A stretch of DNA of 64,000 nucleotides from Geosiphon pyriformis uo1 (Eukaryota; Fungi; Glomeromycota): NCBI GenBank assembly GCA_016748015.1, contig JAAOMT010000129.1:496001-560000 (forward strand). The letters run 5' to 3'. Position 1 is the first letter of the stretch, and the number at the start of each line of letters is the position of its first letter. The notes beneath the pieces are model-generated. The model saw only the letters and a program-made list of their open reading frames with translations. It made no database searches and was not told where the DNA came from. Of the stretch, positions 39,491-52,500 are shown in pieces. The translations under genes and the position numbers were made by a program.

Positions 39491-40327
39491 CTAATCTTGC
39501 CTCATCCTTGAGAGACAATCAACGTTGGTGTGGAGTTTTCCTGGTTTGTGGTGTACAATGTATCAGTAATTAGCTAAAAATCCTGTTCATCGGGTTTGTT
39601 TTGCATTCAGCTGGGTGTTTTTGTTTTGAAGCCATTTAAGTCCAATATTATCAGTGATAATATCGAATTCTTTGAGTCTGAGGTAAAGGTTGAAGTGATA
39701 TAGGGCCCAGATTACTGCTGCGGTTTCTAATTCTGTTGCAGGGTAGTTCTTTTTGGCTGGCTTTAATGTTCTACTAGCATAAGCAATTACTTGCTTATTT
39801 CCATTGTCATCTAACTGTGATAGAATGGCATCAAAGGCAGTATAAGAAGCGTCAGTTGCTAACCGGAATCGGTTGCTAAAGTCTGGATAGGCAAAGATTG
39901 GGGCTGTTGTGAGTTTTTCCTTGAGTATCTTGAAGGCATTTTGGTGTTCTTTTGTCCATTTGTATTCAACATTTTTTGTAGTGAGCTGGTTAAGGGGTTT
40001 TGCAATTTCTGAGAATCCTTTGATGAATTTTCGGTAATAGGATGCTAATCCAATAAATCCTTTTAATTCTGTGGTATTTCGTGGAGTCTTGAAGTTTTTG
40101 ACAGTACTGATTTTTCCGGGGTCTGGTTTAATTCCATCTTTGCTAACAATGTAACCAAGAAAAGCTAAACTTGTCTTTCTGAAGTAGCATTTTTCAATGT
40201 TTAGTTTCAATCCTGCTTTCTGTAATCATTGAAAAACTTCTTGCAGGTGAATTAAATGTAGCTCGAAAGATGGTGAATAAACATCAGTGTCATCAAGATA
40301 AACTACTACTGATTTCCAAAGGAGGCC
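39491..40327 (-). pseudogene. Element B RT C-part and RNase H (N-part of RT lost in gap)
   Basis: VVVYLDDT, LKLNIEKC, FLGYIVS, GFIGLASYYRKFI, LATDAS, YPATELE, ITDN, HTNVDCLSR. Confidence 0.9.
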
Positions 40328-40499
40328 NNNNNNNNNNNNNNNNNNNNNNNNNNNNNNNNNNNNNNNNNNNNNNNNNNNNNNNNNNNNNNNNNNNNNNNNN
40401 NNNNNNNNNNNNNNNNNNNNNNNNNNNNNNNNNNNNNNNNNNNNNNNNNNNNNNNNNNNNNNNNNNNNNNNNNNNNNNNNNNNNNNNNNNNNNNNNNNN

Positions 40500-43400
40500 G
40501 TTCCATGTTGATTTTGGATAGTTTTTCCATGACAACATGGTAGTTTTCAGAGCTGGAATTTGGGTTGATTTTTGGTATTAAATGTCCAATAATTTCAGAG
40601 AAATTGGGTACTGTTTGGGGTAATTCTTGTTGAAATATATTACTGTGAATAACTCCAATTTCTAAATTATTTAATAAAATTATGGGGTAATTATTGGGGT
40701 TGTAAAAAGTAACTCGGACTTTCTTTGTTCTTTCTGGAATATAAATGTTTGGGATCAAAATATTATGTTCCAAGCAGACTTGTTCATTGGACTCAAAAAT
40801 TTGTTGTGTGGTTGTTGGCTTTGTGCAAGTGTAAATTTCTGGATGTTCTCCAAAGGGTGAGATGGTAATCGGTTGTAGAAGTCTGAGAATCTGGTGGGAT
40901 TCGTTCTGTGTGTTAAGAGCTATATTAACTAGAACTGTGAATCATCCAGTTGAACCAAAACCTTGGGTTCCTCTATCGCTTTTTCCTAATTGTTCTTTTT
41001 GATTGACTAGTTGTAAGCCCGAAATGTTGATTAAGGGTAGGTAAATAGCTTGGGCAATTTTTTCAGCATGTTCGATCTTGAATGGTTTGTCAGTCTCATT
41101 TTGAAGCATCACTGTTATGTCTCCAGTGTATCCAGCATCAATTATTCCTCCTCTGACATTGATTCCTTTGCTTGCCAGAGAGGACTGAGAGACGATTTGA
41201 ACCATTGCTCCTGGCAGAATTTCGAGTGCAATTTTGAGGTTGATTTTTGTGAGAGATTTGGGTTTGAGAACAAGAGTATCCTTGCCTGGATATCTTAGGT
41301 CATATCCAGTATCAATTTCGTGTGCTTTTTCAGGTTTTATTCCTTGTCCGTTGTTGTTGAAGTATTTAAGTTGTAAGGCAGGCTGATTTTCAATAAGGTA
41401 GATGGGTGTTGTTTCAATTTCTTCCGTTTCTTCAGGTTCTCCGAATTCAATTTCATTCTCATCATTTTCGCTGGGCAAGGGGATACTAAGAGCATAGCAT
41501 TCGGGACACCATTGTTCATTGCAAGGCATAATGCATTCTTCATATAGCCTAATGTTCATTTGCTCTAATCGTTGAATTTGAGCTTCTTGGGTTGGGTAGG
41601 TGTGACTTGCAATTTGGTGATAGACTTCTACTTCATCTTCGTAATCGAATCCAGCTAATTCCATAGTGTATTCAATGTATTCTGCTTCCTTCATTTGACG
41701 AACATCTTTTTTGGTAGCTCTATTAATTAATGCCATTGTTAAGTCGAAAATCATCTCGGCATTATGAGGGTAGTGATAAAGTTTGTTGAGAGCACTGTTA
41801 TATGCTGCATTAAAGGGTGTTCCTCTTTTTACTTTTTCTGAAATTGATAAGGCATATTGGCAGGTCTGATCGCAGACGCCTCCTCTCATTGCTACATCAA
41901 TCCAATTGCATTCTTCTGGTAGCATATTTCCACAAGTCAAACAAGCAGTGTTGTCCCATTTTCCGCTCCTTTTTATTAGATGGCCCCATCGCTCTCTGTG
42001 GCAAGCCTTGCAGTAATAACAAGTATGATTCTCATATTCTTCTTCAGGTGAAATGCAGGCTCCCATTGACGATAGTTTCTTGTGGCAGTCCTTACATTTA
42101 AGAGAAATATAGGGGCGTTGTTTTCTTGGTTCGGGTTTTGAGTAAGGTATATTCCATCCAGAGGTTTCAGGTTTAGTGTGTGAGGTAAAATGTTCTTGTT
42201 CTGTTTCATCGGCCCAGTTGGACATTGATCCAAGAGCCATGAATGTTTCGATTATTGGTTTTTCTTCTTCTGGTTCAAATTCAAAAGCTGGGGCTTTTTT
42301 AGAGCATTTGTTGAATGTACCACAAATGGCAGGTACTCGGGCATGTTGTTCTTGGTAGGAGATTGTTAACTCTTGTGTTTTCCAGTTCAGATTAGCATTG
42401 GCTTTTTGAAGCCAATCATTTCCGATAAGAGCTTGGTACTGGAGTGCATCCATTACAAGAACTTTGACTGGAATGGTGATTCCATCAAGAGTGAATGGAA
42501 AATTGTCAATTTCTCCTACTGGTGTCTTTTTCATGCCATCGGCAGTGACGATTACTGTTTGAGCTGGTCAGTTGACATTTCTTTTCAACTGTTGCATTAA
42601 TTGGTAGGTAATAATGCTTCCGGTGGATCCACTGTCTAGAATCAAGCGAATTGGCTTTCCTTCTACTTCAGCTTCTGTGTACATTGCAGTGATGGCTTTT
42701 TGCTCATTAGCCGCTGCATTGCTAAGCAAGAATGGTGATTCATTTGCTTCAAATTCAAAAGGAAAGATATCAGAGAGATTGGCGTTTTCAGCAATTTGGG
42801 CTGGTAGAATAGTGGTGTGGTTATGAGAAGGGTTTCGTTGTTGTTGTGCTGCAGCTCTACCTTCCGAGGGTGCAGTATGGTGAAAATCCTGTTCTTCCGG
42901 CATTGTTAAATAACTGGGTTGAGTGTGGTAATGGTTAAATCTTGGTTGAATGGTATTTCGGGGAACTAATTGGTTGTTCAAACTGATTCTACTGTTGTTT
43001 ACTTGGTATCGGTTTTGTGGTGTGAATTGATTTTGTGTAATCAGTTTTCGAGCAGGTACTTGATAATGTTGTGTGGGTGGTTGTTGGTATTGCTGTTGGA
43101 TTGGTTGTGGGGCGGGCTGATAATAGTTATTTTGGTATTGGGGTCTTGGTGGATAGTAAGCTGGTGGTAATGGTTGATAATAAGATTGCTGTGGTGGAGA
43201 GTAATGTTGATTACCCCTATTTTGTTGGTCTCGTTGCAGCTTTCTGCAATCTCTTTTCCAGTGGCCAGAGATTCCACAGTAATGGCAATTCTGGGGCTGG
43301 TTATTGGAAAGTGGTGCAAAGTTATTTTGATTTCGTCTTTGGGGTGGTTGATATCTTTGGGGTTGTTGTTGTTGTTGGTTGGTAAAATAGTTTTCAACCT

Positions 43401-44593
43401 TCTTTGTGAGTTGGTCAATTTTTTCCTCAGCTGCTGAGCTGGTTTCTCCAATTGCCAAATTTACAAGTTTTGTACGATTGGCTTCTTCTATGGCCATTTT
43501 GTATCTTTTTGCATGCTGTATTGCAGAGTTTAAATCTTCTGGCACATGTGGGCAAACCTTTTTAATTAGTTTATCTTTTAGACCAGCAATAAATTGATCC
43601 AAGATTTGAGCATCGGAATAATAATTGTTTGTCTCGAGTTGGTGAATCCGTCTGAGAAGTTTGTTGAATTTCCCAATATAAGTCATAACGGTTTCAGAGG
43701 GTTCTTGTTTGATATTTCGAAAACAATTGCGAAGAGTGATAGAGGTATTATTGTCGGTGAACTGTTCAAGGAAGGCTGCTTTGAAAGCATTCCAATCATT
43801 GAATGAGGTGGCAAGGTTTTCAAACCATTCTCCTGCTGTTCCTTTGAGAAAGTAGGGAATTGTTCTTAACATTCTGGCAGCGTTCCATCCATTTGCATCT
43901 TCAGCTTTAGTAACTTGGTCAAGCCATTCTTGGGGACTGGTTTCAATATCTTTTCCATTGAATTCAGGGATTTTTGTGATGTATGTTGTCATTTCATTTT
44001 CTTCATTTTCACTGTCTATTGATTCTTCTTCGGTTATTTCAGAGTTGTTTTCTTCATTTGCTGCTGTCTCAGAGTGTTTACTTTGATTTTCAGCTAGAAA
44101 ATCAAGGAGATTGGAACTAGTTTGAAGGGGTTTTTGTTGTTTGGTGGAACTTCTAAGTGATGTAAAATCTTCTGGTCTTGCAAATTGATTCAAGGGTAAA
44201 TTAGGTGTTTGTGTTTGTGTAAGTGAAGCTGGAAAAAGTGTGATAGTAAGTGGAAGTTTTGAACTGGATCCTTGTTCAGGTGTTTGTAAATGTTTGGCAG
44301 TTGTTTTCGGTAGTATTGGAGTATTTGGGGTGGTTCTTGAATATTGCTTTAATTTGTTTTTGCCTTTGTTGCTTGTTTCTGTTTCCAATTCAAAATCAAT
44401 AGTGTATTGAGACTACACTGGATATGTTTCTTCACAGTATTTGATAATGTTAAAATTAAGTTTGTGAAAGTAAGTGGCAAGTGTTTCACTATTAAGGTCT
44501 TCAGTTCCCAACTGTGAATAGTGTACTAAATTATTGTAAAGGTTGCTTCTGACTTCTGAGATATTGTAATTTCCAAAAAGATAATTGTTGATG
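40500..44593 (-). pseudogene. Element B single-frame gag-protease-Cys-rich-dUTPase polyprotein with three in-frame stops (44413, 42568, 40942)
   Basis: ORF-track pieces are all in one frame. Motifs: PQEWLDQV, CHYCGISGHWKRDC, LILDSGS, LIGNDWL, CxxC clusters; dUTPase DTGYDL, SQSSLA, GIIDAGYTGDI, IAQAI, RGTQGFGSTG. Confidence 0.9.
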
Positions 44594-45297
44594 NNNNNNN
44601 NNNNNNNNNNNNNGCTACCCAAATGATTGTAATAAGAAAAGAAAAGAAAAATAAAAGAAGTGTAAAAGAAATAGGATTTTATCAAGGGAAACGTTTTCTA
44701 TCCAGGCCTGGAGTCACTAACAGTTTACTGAAATTGGTAGCTAATCAATTTCGAAATGTTAGTTGGATTTTGGGGATTTTCCAAGTGCAATAATTAAAGA
44801 ATTTGGTTTTTTGAATTATTTGATATTTATTTCTTTTTGTGTATATAGGAATGGTTCTAAGAGATAAATCTAAAGTAAGATACATTTTCTCAAAGAGAGA
44901 AGCTCTTCTTTTATACAACTTGTTGTAACACTATTCTATGAACTCGAACTTTGCTATTTTCTACAATTTCACTGAACTAAAGATACATTTCGGCAAACTA
45001 TAAGTTATTTCGGCGAACTATTAAATATTTTGGTGAACTATCAATTATTTTGGCAAATTTCTACAAATTTTGGCGAACTTTTTGAATGTTACATAGTTCA
45101 GGATATTGCATGATTGATTATCACAATTAGGTTATATTGGTGTTGTATACAATTTGGGTTATTAATTAAATGATAATTTTGGACATTTTTGCTAATATAA
45201 TAAGTGATCAAAAATGATAATATATGCTAATTAATGATAGGAATTATAAGATAATTTCATGCTAAATAATATCTCTAATTTTGTCTGGTAACAGCAC

Positions 45298-46210
45298 TTA
45301 TGAATTCACAGTCATGCTTTTTGGTCTTACCAATGTTCCTCCCACCTTTCAACATCTAATGAATAAAGTGTTTGAATTAGTAAAAGAAAACTTTGTTCTG
45401 GTTTACTTGAATAACATAATAGTCTACTCAAAAACCTGGAATGAACACTTTGAACATTTACAGAAGGTTTTTGACTTGTTCAGAAATGCTGGCCTTAAGA
45501 TCAACCCAATCAAATCTTTTTTTGGATGCCAATTCACCCAGTTTCTTGGTCATCTTGTTACAAAAGATGGAATCTTTTCTAACCCAGCTAAAGTTGAAAA
45601 AGTCCAGAACATTAGACAACCAATGAATGTTCCTGAACTATGCTCTTTCCTTGGTTTGGCCTCTTACTATCACAAATTTATCAAGGATTTCTCCAAAATT
45701 GCCTTTCCTTTCAATCAACTACTCAGAAAAAATGTCAATTATTACTGGGGCACTCATCAACAAAAAGCTTTTAAAATTCTGAAGAAAAAACTTGTTACTA
45801 AACCAATTCTCAAGCAACCAGATCTGGATCAACCTTTTATCCTCCACACTGATGCATCTGGCTATAGACTTGATGCTGTTCTTTTACAGAAAGATGAAAA
45901 TGGCAGAGAACATACTATAGCATATGTTAGTAGATCTCTTACACCAGCAGAAAAAAACTATTCAGTTATTGAATAAAAATGTTTAGCAGTAGTTTGGGCT
46001 ACTAACTACTAAAATCAATATCTTGGTGCAAAATTCTTAATAGTAACAGATTATCAAGTCTTGGTTTGGCTGCACAATAAAAAGAAGCTGGAACACAAAT
46101 GAATAACTTGCTGAATACTCCACTTGGATGAATTTGACTATAATATTCAACACTGCAAAGGAGCAAATCATCAAAATGCTGACGCTCTTTCTAAACTTAC
46201 TATTCAGTGA
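45298..46210 (+). pseudogene. Element A RT C-part and RNase H
   Basis: YEFTVMLFGLTN, VYLNNII (YLDD>YLNN), FLGHLV, SFLGLASYY, LHTDAS, NYSVIE, NADALS, then TGA at 46208-46210. Confidence 0.9.
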
Positions 46211-46274
46211 TAGTACAACCTCTCAAACCAAACCAACTTAATTATTAGTAACTTCTTCACAAACAAACACAATA

Positions 46275-47588
46275 ATGGACTTAAACAACTACTCTGCCTT
46301 AATAGAATTTTTGAGTAAAGGACAATACCCACTGGAATACACTTAACAGCAAAAAGAACATTTGCACAAACAATCAAATTTCTATTTAATCTGCCAGAAC
46401 CAATTATACAAAAGAAACAGAAAAGATCCTGACTGCCTCCAAAGAATTATCAGATTTGAAAAAAGAGAAATTGTAATATACAACATGCACACTGACCCAT
46501 TAGCTAGACACTTTGGAAAAATAAAAACAATTCAAAAAACTTTAGCTCATTATTATTGGTCTACCTTGGGAAAGAACATTGTTAAATACATTAAAATCTG
46601 TAACATCTGCCAAAGAAAAGACAAACCCAATTGCAAAGAAGATATCTATCCAATCTCTGTTGGTCAACCATTTGACAGAATTGGTATAGATGTTGTTAGA
46701 TCTTTAATAATAACTCCTGATGGCAACAAATACATTATTACAGCTACTGACTATCTTACAAAGTGGGTAGAAGCAAAAGCCACCCCAGACCAAACAGCAG
46801 TCTCAATAGCCAATTTTATTTATAAAAATATCATCTGCCATCATGGCTGCCCCAAAGAATTTTTATCTAATAAAGGAAAAGCTTTTCTCAGTACACTAGT
46901 TGAAGAACTTTGTAAAAAAATGGGAATATATCATAAACTTTCCTCCCCTTATTACCCCCAAACAAATGGCCTAGTGAAACGTTTTAATAGAACATTATGT
47001 GAAACCTTAGTCAAAACCAGTAAAGAAACAAACTTATGAGACAAAGTACTGCCTTCAGCTTTGTTTGCTTATAGAATTGTGAATCATAACATAACAAGTT
47101 ATGAACCTTTTTATCTACTCTATGGATGCATAGCAATACTACCAATAAAAACTGATATTGAAACAATACCCTTTGAAGAGATCACAATAGGAAATTACAA
47201 AGACATTTTGCAAAGAAGACTTGGTATCATTCTTGACTTCTTGGTAGAAGCACAAATAATTGCTTTTGAAAAGATAAAACAGTTCCAAGAAAAGCTTAAA
47301 AGAAAGAAAACCTATAAAACACTTTTTTTAAGTATTGGTAACTTGGTACTAAAATACCATTCTGATAGAAACAATGTTTATAGTGATAAATTCTCTAGCT
47401 GGTGGAAAGAACCCTTTATAGTCAACAAAGTTTTGAACAATGGTTCTTATATTTTTTAAGATCAATTTAGAACAATCTTCAATGATCGTTCTGTTCACAG
47501 TACATAATTCAAGAAATATTATAAACGACCTGATTGGCTGTCTATTGTGGTAATACTGACTCAAATGATTAGCAAAAATCAAGTATAA
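46275..47588 (+). pseudogene. Element A integrase, beginning at its own ATG
   Basis: MHTDPLARHFG...CNIC, IGIDVV, PYYPQTNGLVKRFN; catalytic residues hit by G>A changes; no chromodomain. Confidence 0.88.
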
Positions 47589-47629
47589 ATAAATGCACCA
47601 TTCCCAAAACAGAGATATCTTTAATTAAT

Positions 47630-48250
47630 ATGAACAATTATTTTCTGGATCAAAACATTCAAAACACCTTCTATACTCTTCATGAGTATTAGATCAAAAA
47701 CTATCCAAATGCTACTCTGACTATTGGAAAACAGACCACTATAACTGATAATAGTAGAACATATACTGTTATTAGACCAAAGAAAACTATTACCAGAAGA
47801 GAAAAAATTGGTAATAAAATAGATAAATATTTGTTGAAAAGTATAACAGCAGCTATACTTCTATCTTCCAACACAATTAGAAAAACACTTCAAGAAATCT
47901 TACCCATAAACAAAAACTTGTCATATGGAAGGCAATTAAAACTCTATGGTCATCTTGGTGAAATCATAGAGGATATGAAACTCATGAAAAAAACAACTTC
48001 AGAGATACAGGCAAAAATTTTGGGCATTATATGGTTAGATGTTTTAAGAGTTTTAACTATTGCTAAAAGAGCCAAAACTCTAATACAAAGATTTGGTCTT
48101 TTGGATACAAAACTCATTTCGTCTCAAGTATTATATATCTTATCCACAAAAACTTCAACAAACTAGTTAGCTTTAAGTTAGATAAAACCATTCAAATAGA
48201 TTACTCCATAAATAGCTTGATTTCGTTGAAGCTTAATCTCTTTGGAGAGG
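47630..48250 (+). pseudogene. Element A ORF3, unknown function (one stop, probable late frameshift)
   Basis: ATG at 47630 is in frame with ORF 47831-48166. Lies between integrase and PPT; an eroded copy is at ~13800-14380. Confidence 0.55.
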
Positions 48251-48485
48251 ATAATGTTATAGTTGAAACTTATACTTCTTATTAATTATTACATGTATTA
48301 ACCACTGATGTTATATAAATTAGCCACTCTATTTTTAGATAGTGATTATTGATTTGATCAATGATCTGACTGTTGATCTGATCATTGACCTGATTATTGA
48401 CCTGATCAATGACCTGATCAGTAACCTGATCATTAATCTGATTATTGATCTAGTTGTTAATCTGATCATTGACTATTTTTGACAG

Positions 48486-49519
48486 TGTTACGGGATGGTT
48501 TTCTTGTTATATTTAATTGCTGATATCCCGCTTTAATTACAATCAGTCTTTCGTGAGTTCCTCAATTCTATTTGTGTGATAATGTCACTGTTACACTGAA
48601 GGCTTTCTTTTTACTGTTGCGATGTAAGTTATTCTTTACTTCTTGATTGTTGTGTGTGTTTATGTACTCCTTCTCAGAGGCTGAACTGAAATCTACCCAC
48701 TGTCTGGGGTCTTCTCTGAGGCTATCCTTGCAATTGCCTGATGTGTTTCTCTAATCTAGAAACACAGAATGTTAATGGTCTTTAGCGCTTTTCTAATTCT
48801 CACAATAAAGCTTTTATCAATTAGTAACAACGTAANNNNNNNNNNNNNNNNNNNNNNNNNNNNNNNNNNNNNNNNNNNNNNNNNNNNNNNNNNNNNNNNN
48901 NNNNNNNNNNNNNNNNNNNNNNNNNNNNNNNNNNNNNNNNNNNNNNNNNNNNNNNNNNNNNNNNNNNNNNNNNNNNNNNNNNNNNNNNNNNNNNNNNNNN
49001 NNNNNNNNNNNNNNNNNNNNNNNNNNNNNNNNNNNNNNNNNNNNNNNNNNNNNNNNNNNNNNNNNNNNNNNNNNNNNNNNNNNNNNNNNNNNNNNNNNNN
49101 NNNNNNNNNNNNNNNNNNNNNNNNNNNNNNNNNNNNNNNNNNNNNNNNNNNNNNNNNNNNNNNNNNNNNNNNNNNNNNNNNNNNNNNNNNNNNNNNNNNN
49201 NNNNNNNNNNNNNNNNNNNNNNNNNNNNNNNNNNNNNNNNNNNNNNNNNNNNNNNNNNNNNNNNNNNNNNNNNNNNNNNATATATACATGTTTGTAGTTC
49301 TACAAGAAAATACTTTCTTTTTGATATTTCAACCTGGTGCTTGCTGCTATCACCAGTTGGTGTTGGCTGCTATTGTGAACTGGTGCTTGCCACTATCGCA
49401 AGATGGTGTTTGCTACTATGTTAATCATTACCTTTCTAAGATTATTACTGTGCTATATTATGATTGAATAGTTTGTATTATTTTTATGATTCTTTTTGCT
49501 AAATTCTTAAACCATAACA
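48486..49519. mobile_element. LTR-type insertion C (solo LTR or collapsed element; contains gap 48836-49279), TSD ACAG, inside the 3' LTR of A
   Basis: TGTTAC at 48486, CATAACA ending 49519; ACAG at 48482-48485 and 49520-49523. The empty site TTTGACAGCTATATA is seen in the 5' LTR. Confidence 0.88.
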
Positions 49520-52500
49520 ACAGCTATATAAGCAATGAATCTCTTAGCTGTAGAAAAGCATATAAAAATCAAAGAAATAAAGAAATAAAATAATAACTTC
49601 ATCTCAATCCTTCTTTTATCACTAATTTTTCTTTTCTTACCTTCAAGTATCTGAACATCTTAAAGATAAAAGACTACTTGTTGGCATTTACTTATCCTTT
49701 TCCTGAAACATGTAATTGCAGCATTTAAAAACTATTGAATAAAACATAACTGAAGAGTACATTTGATACCTGATATTGAATTCTAAGAGTGCTAACATGA
49801 GGCATAGAATTATACCAAGCATAATCAATTGTTGACAGTACAAACTATTCCTCTATCTTCAGATTCCCTAATTACTTTTTGAAAAGCATAGTAACTGAGA
49901 TATTTTATGAAACTGATCTTGCACATTGAATTCATACTTATTCAATTCACTTTTTAAAGTTGAATTTCCTTTGATTATTTCCATCACTCTACAATTTTGT
50001 TCTCCCTTGTTATTCATTAGCTTGTTACTCTAACCCATAACAATACTAAAAACATTACAGTAATGCTTTAAAATAAAACTAAAAACTTTTTTACAATTAA
50101 ACATGCCAAAAAAAATTTTCAAGCTATTTATTTATTTTTAATTAATATTTCGAATATACAATTAATTAAAAATAAAAAAAACATGGTAAAAGTAAAAAAA
50201 AACTCAAGATTTTAGATCTATTAAACAATTTACAGTTTTAGTAAACATAGTTTTTAACATACAAAATGAATTTTACCAGATTCTTAAATTATTAAAAACA
50301 ATCACAATTCTATTTTTTGAAAAAATTTATAAAACATACACCTGTCCAACACTTATTATTACTTAACAAATTTTTAAATTAAATAAACAAATTTGTAAAA
50401 AACATAAAATTTTAATTTTAAATATTTATTTGCCAAAAAAATCAAAGAATTTAATATTACTTTTTATAATCCAAACAACTACTTTATTATATTAACAAAA
50501 GTTACTATAAATAGTTTTAAATTTTACAATAATAATTAGACATTTTTTTCTAAAATTTAATTTAACTTTTATTACCAAAAACTATTATATTATATTGAAA
50601 AATTATCTTAAATTAACATAAAACAATTAAAATTACAACAACAAAAGCAACTTAAAAAATTAATTACAAATATATAGACATATTTACTAAAAAATAATAA
50701 CAATTTAGAAAGAATTGATCTAGTTTAACACTAAATCTACATTAAAAACACAAAATTTAAACAATAACAAACCTATTAAGTAACACCAAAAAACTATTAA
50801 TTTATTTGAAAAGAAATACAATAAATGTTCAATAATAGACTTATCTAATCATTAATAAATTTATGAATTTTTTTAGTAGTTTTTATTAAAAAAAATAGAA
50901 AAATCTATTTTTGTGTTAACTATTATTGATTGAATAGTATTATAATTAAAGATGCTTATTTTTTTTTATAAATTAATAATAAATTAAATGCTCTTGGCAA
51001 ATTAAAATACTTTTCAACATTAGATTTGAAAAGTAAATATCAGCAAATTATAATAAATCCTAAAAATTATTTTAAAACAGCTTTTACCACTCAAAAAAAA
51101 ATTATAAGTTTAATATAATGCTCTTTAAATTATGTAATATATCAGTAATATTTCAAAAGTTTATGAGTTTTGTCTATATTAGACTCCTTTAAAAATAAAT
51201 AATTATTTATCTAAATAATACTATTTATTATTCTTTGAAGTTTATTTAATTTATTTGTAAAAAGTTTTTAAATAATTACAAAAAACAAAGTTGAAATTAA
51301 ACATCAAAAAATGTCATTTTAAAAAGACCAGCTTGGCTTTTTTTAATTATATTGTTAGTAAAAAAAGAGTTAAATTTGATTTTAAGAAAATTAATATTGT
51401 CAAAAACTTAAAAATTTTACAAAACATTATTAAATTAAAAAAATTCATTAGATTAATATTTTATTATCAAAAATTTCTTAAAAAATTTTTTAAAATTGCC
51501 AAACCACTAAATTATTTAATTAACAAAAACATTAAATACAAATAAACTTCAGAATAACAAAAAGTCTTTAATATTCTCAAAAAAAGCTAATAATAACTTT
51601 AATTTTAGCTTATTTTAATTTTAAAAAAAGATTTTAACTAGTTATAAATGTTTTATATACAGTCTTTAGTGCTATTTTATCTTAATTAAATAATAATAAC
51701 AGTAAAAAAGTAATTATCTGTGCTAACAAAATACTAAAGCCAGCAAAAAAAATTACTTTGCTATTAAATTAAAAACAACAATAGTAATTTGGGTCTCATA
51801 TTATTTCAATTTTATTTTAAACCTAAAAAATTTAATATTATTATTAATAATATTAAACTCAAATGGCTTCAAAATAAAAACTCAAAACTAAATACCAAAC
51901 AAACCAAATAAACTGAATTTTTTGCAAATTATAAATACATTATATATTACAAATCAAAAAAGCTTTACACAAATATTAATTGTTTTTTTAGAATAAAACA
52001 AGATTAAAAACCACAACTACTATCTAATTTAATTAACAAAACAACAACAAAATAATAAACAATGAATTTTGAAAATTATAATAATCTTAAACAATACTTA
52101 AAAACATTTACAATACCAAAAAATTGGTTTTTAAGCAAAACACATTGACTATAACACCAAACAAAACAAAATTTTATACACAACAATATTATTTATTATC
52201 AAAATTATAAAAACTCAGACAATTTATTTAGATTAATTCAAAAACATAAAAAAAACAATTTTATATAACATGTATTTAAATTTTTTAGCAGCATATTTTA
52301 AAAAAAATAGTATAATTTAAAAAACAATAAAACAATATTTTTGGCTTTGAATAAAAAAAACATTTACTAATATGTTAAATTTTTTAATATTTTCAAAAAA
52401 AAAAACATGTCTTATAAAACTTTTAAATTCGATTAAAGTTAAACAATTTTTTAATTAAGTTGGTATTAATTTAGTTAATTATTATTTATTATAATTCAAA

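Larger units (their letters stand above)
36265..45293 (-). mobile_element. Gypsy LTR retrotransposon B, TSD GCAC; 5' LTR 45293 to the gap at ~44614, 3' LTR 37242-36265; PPT at ~37243-37255
   Basis: GCAC at 36261-36264 and 45294-45297. Host RT reads KTAFITKYGT|YEFTVM when B is removed. LTR pair near-identical; GAGGAGGAGGTTA precedes the 3' LTR on the minus strand. Confidence 0.95.
32212..50042 (+). mobile_element. Gypsy LTR retrotransposon A, full span, TSD ATAC; 5' LTR 32212-32961, 3' LTR 48255-50042 (interrupted by C); interrupted in RT by element B
   Basis: TGTTA(C/T)...CATAACA LTR pair; ATAC at 32208-32211 and 50043-50046; PBS at 32968; purine tract GGAGAGGATAA at 48244-48254; domain order gag-PR-RT-RH-IN. 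Confidence 0.93.

Noticed and set aside
40270-40538. ORFs crossing N-runs (also 44413-44685 and 48756-49467)
   Set aside because: Gap artefacts. The 40328-40499 and 44594-44613 gaps look under-sized compared with copy E and the complete B LTR, so the apparent RT deletion and missing PBS in B are not interpretable.
40942-41400. Host dUTPase gene (DUT1) or horizontally acquired gene
   Set aside because: Intronless, in frame with gag-protease, inside LTRs with a TSD, and also present in copy E.
47630-48250. ORF3 as a retroviral envelope gene
   Set aside because: No visible signal peptide, furin site or transmembrane anchor; kept as an unknown accessory ORF.
51291-51545. K/I/F/N-rich ORFs (also 13964, 24230, 29625, 55179) as novel proteins or mitochondrial/endosymbiont inserts
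   Set aside because: 51291 and the 13964 region are eroded images of retroelement sequence; 29625 is a microsatellite; the others are low-complexity AT-rich frames with no supportable product.
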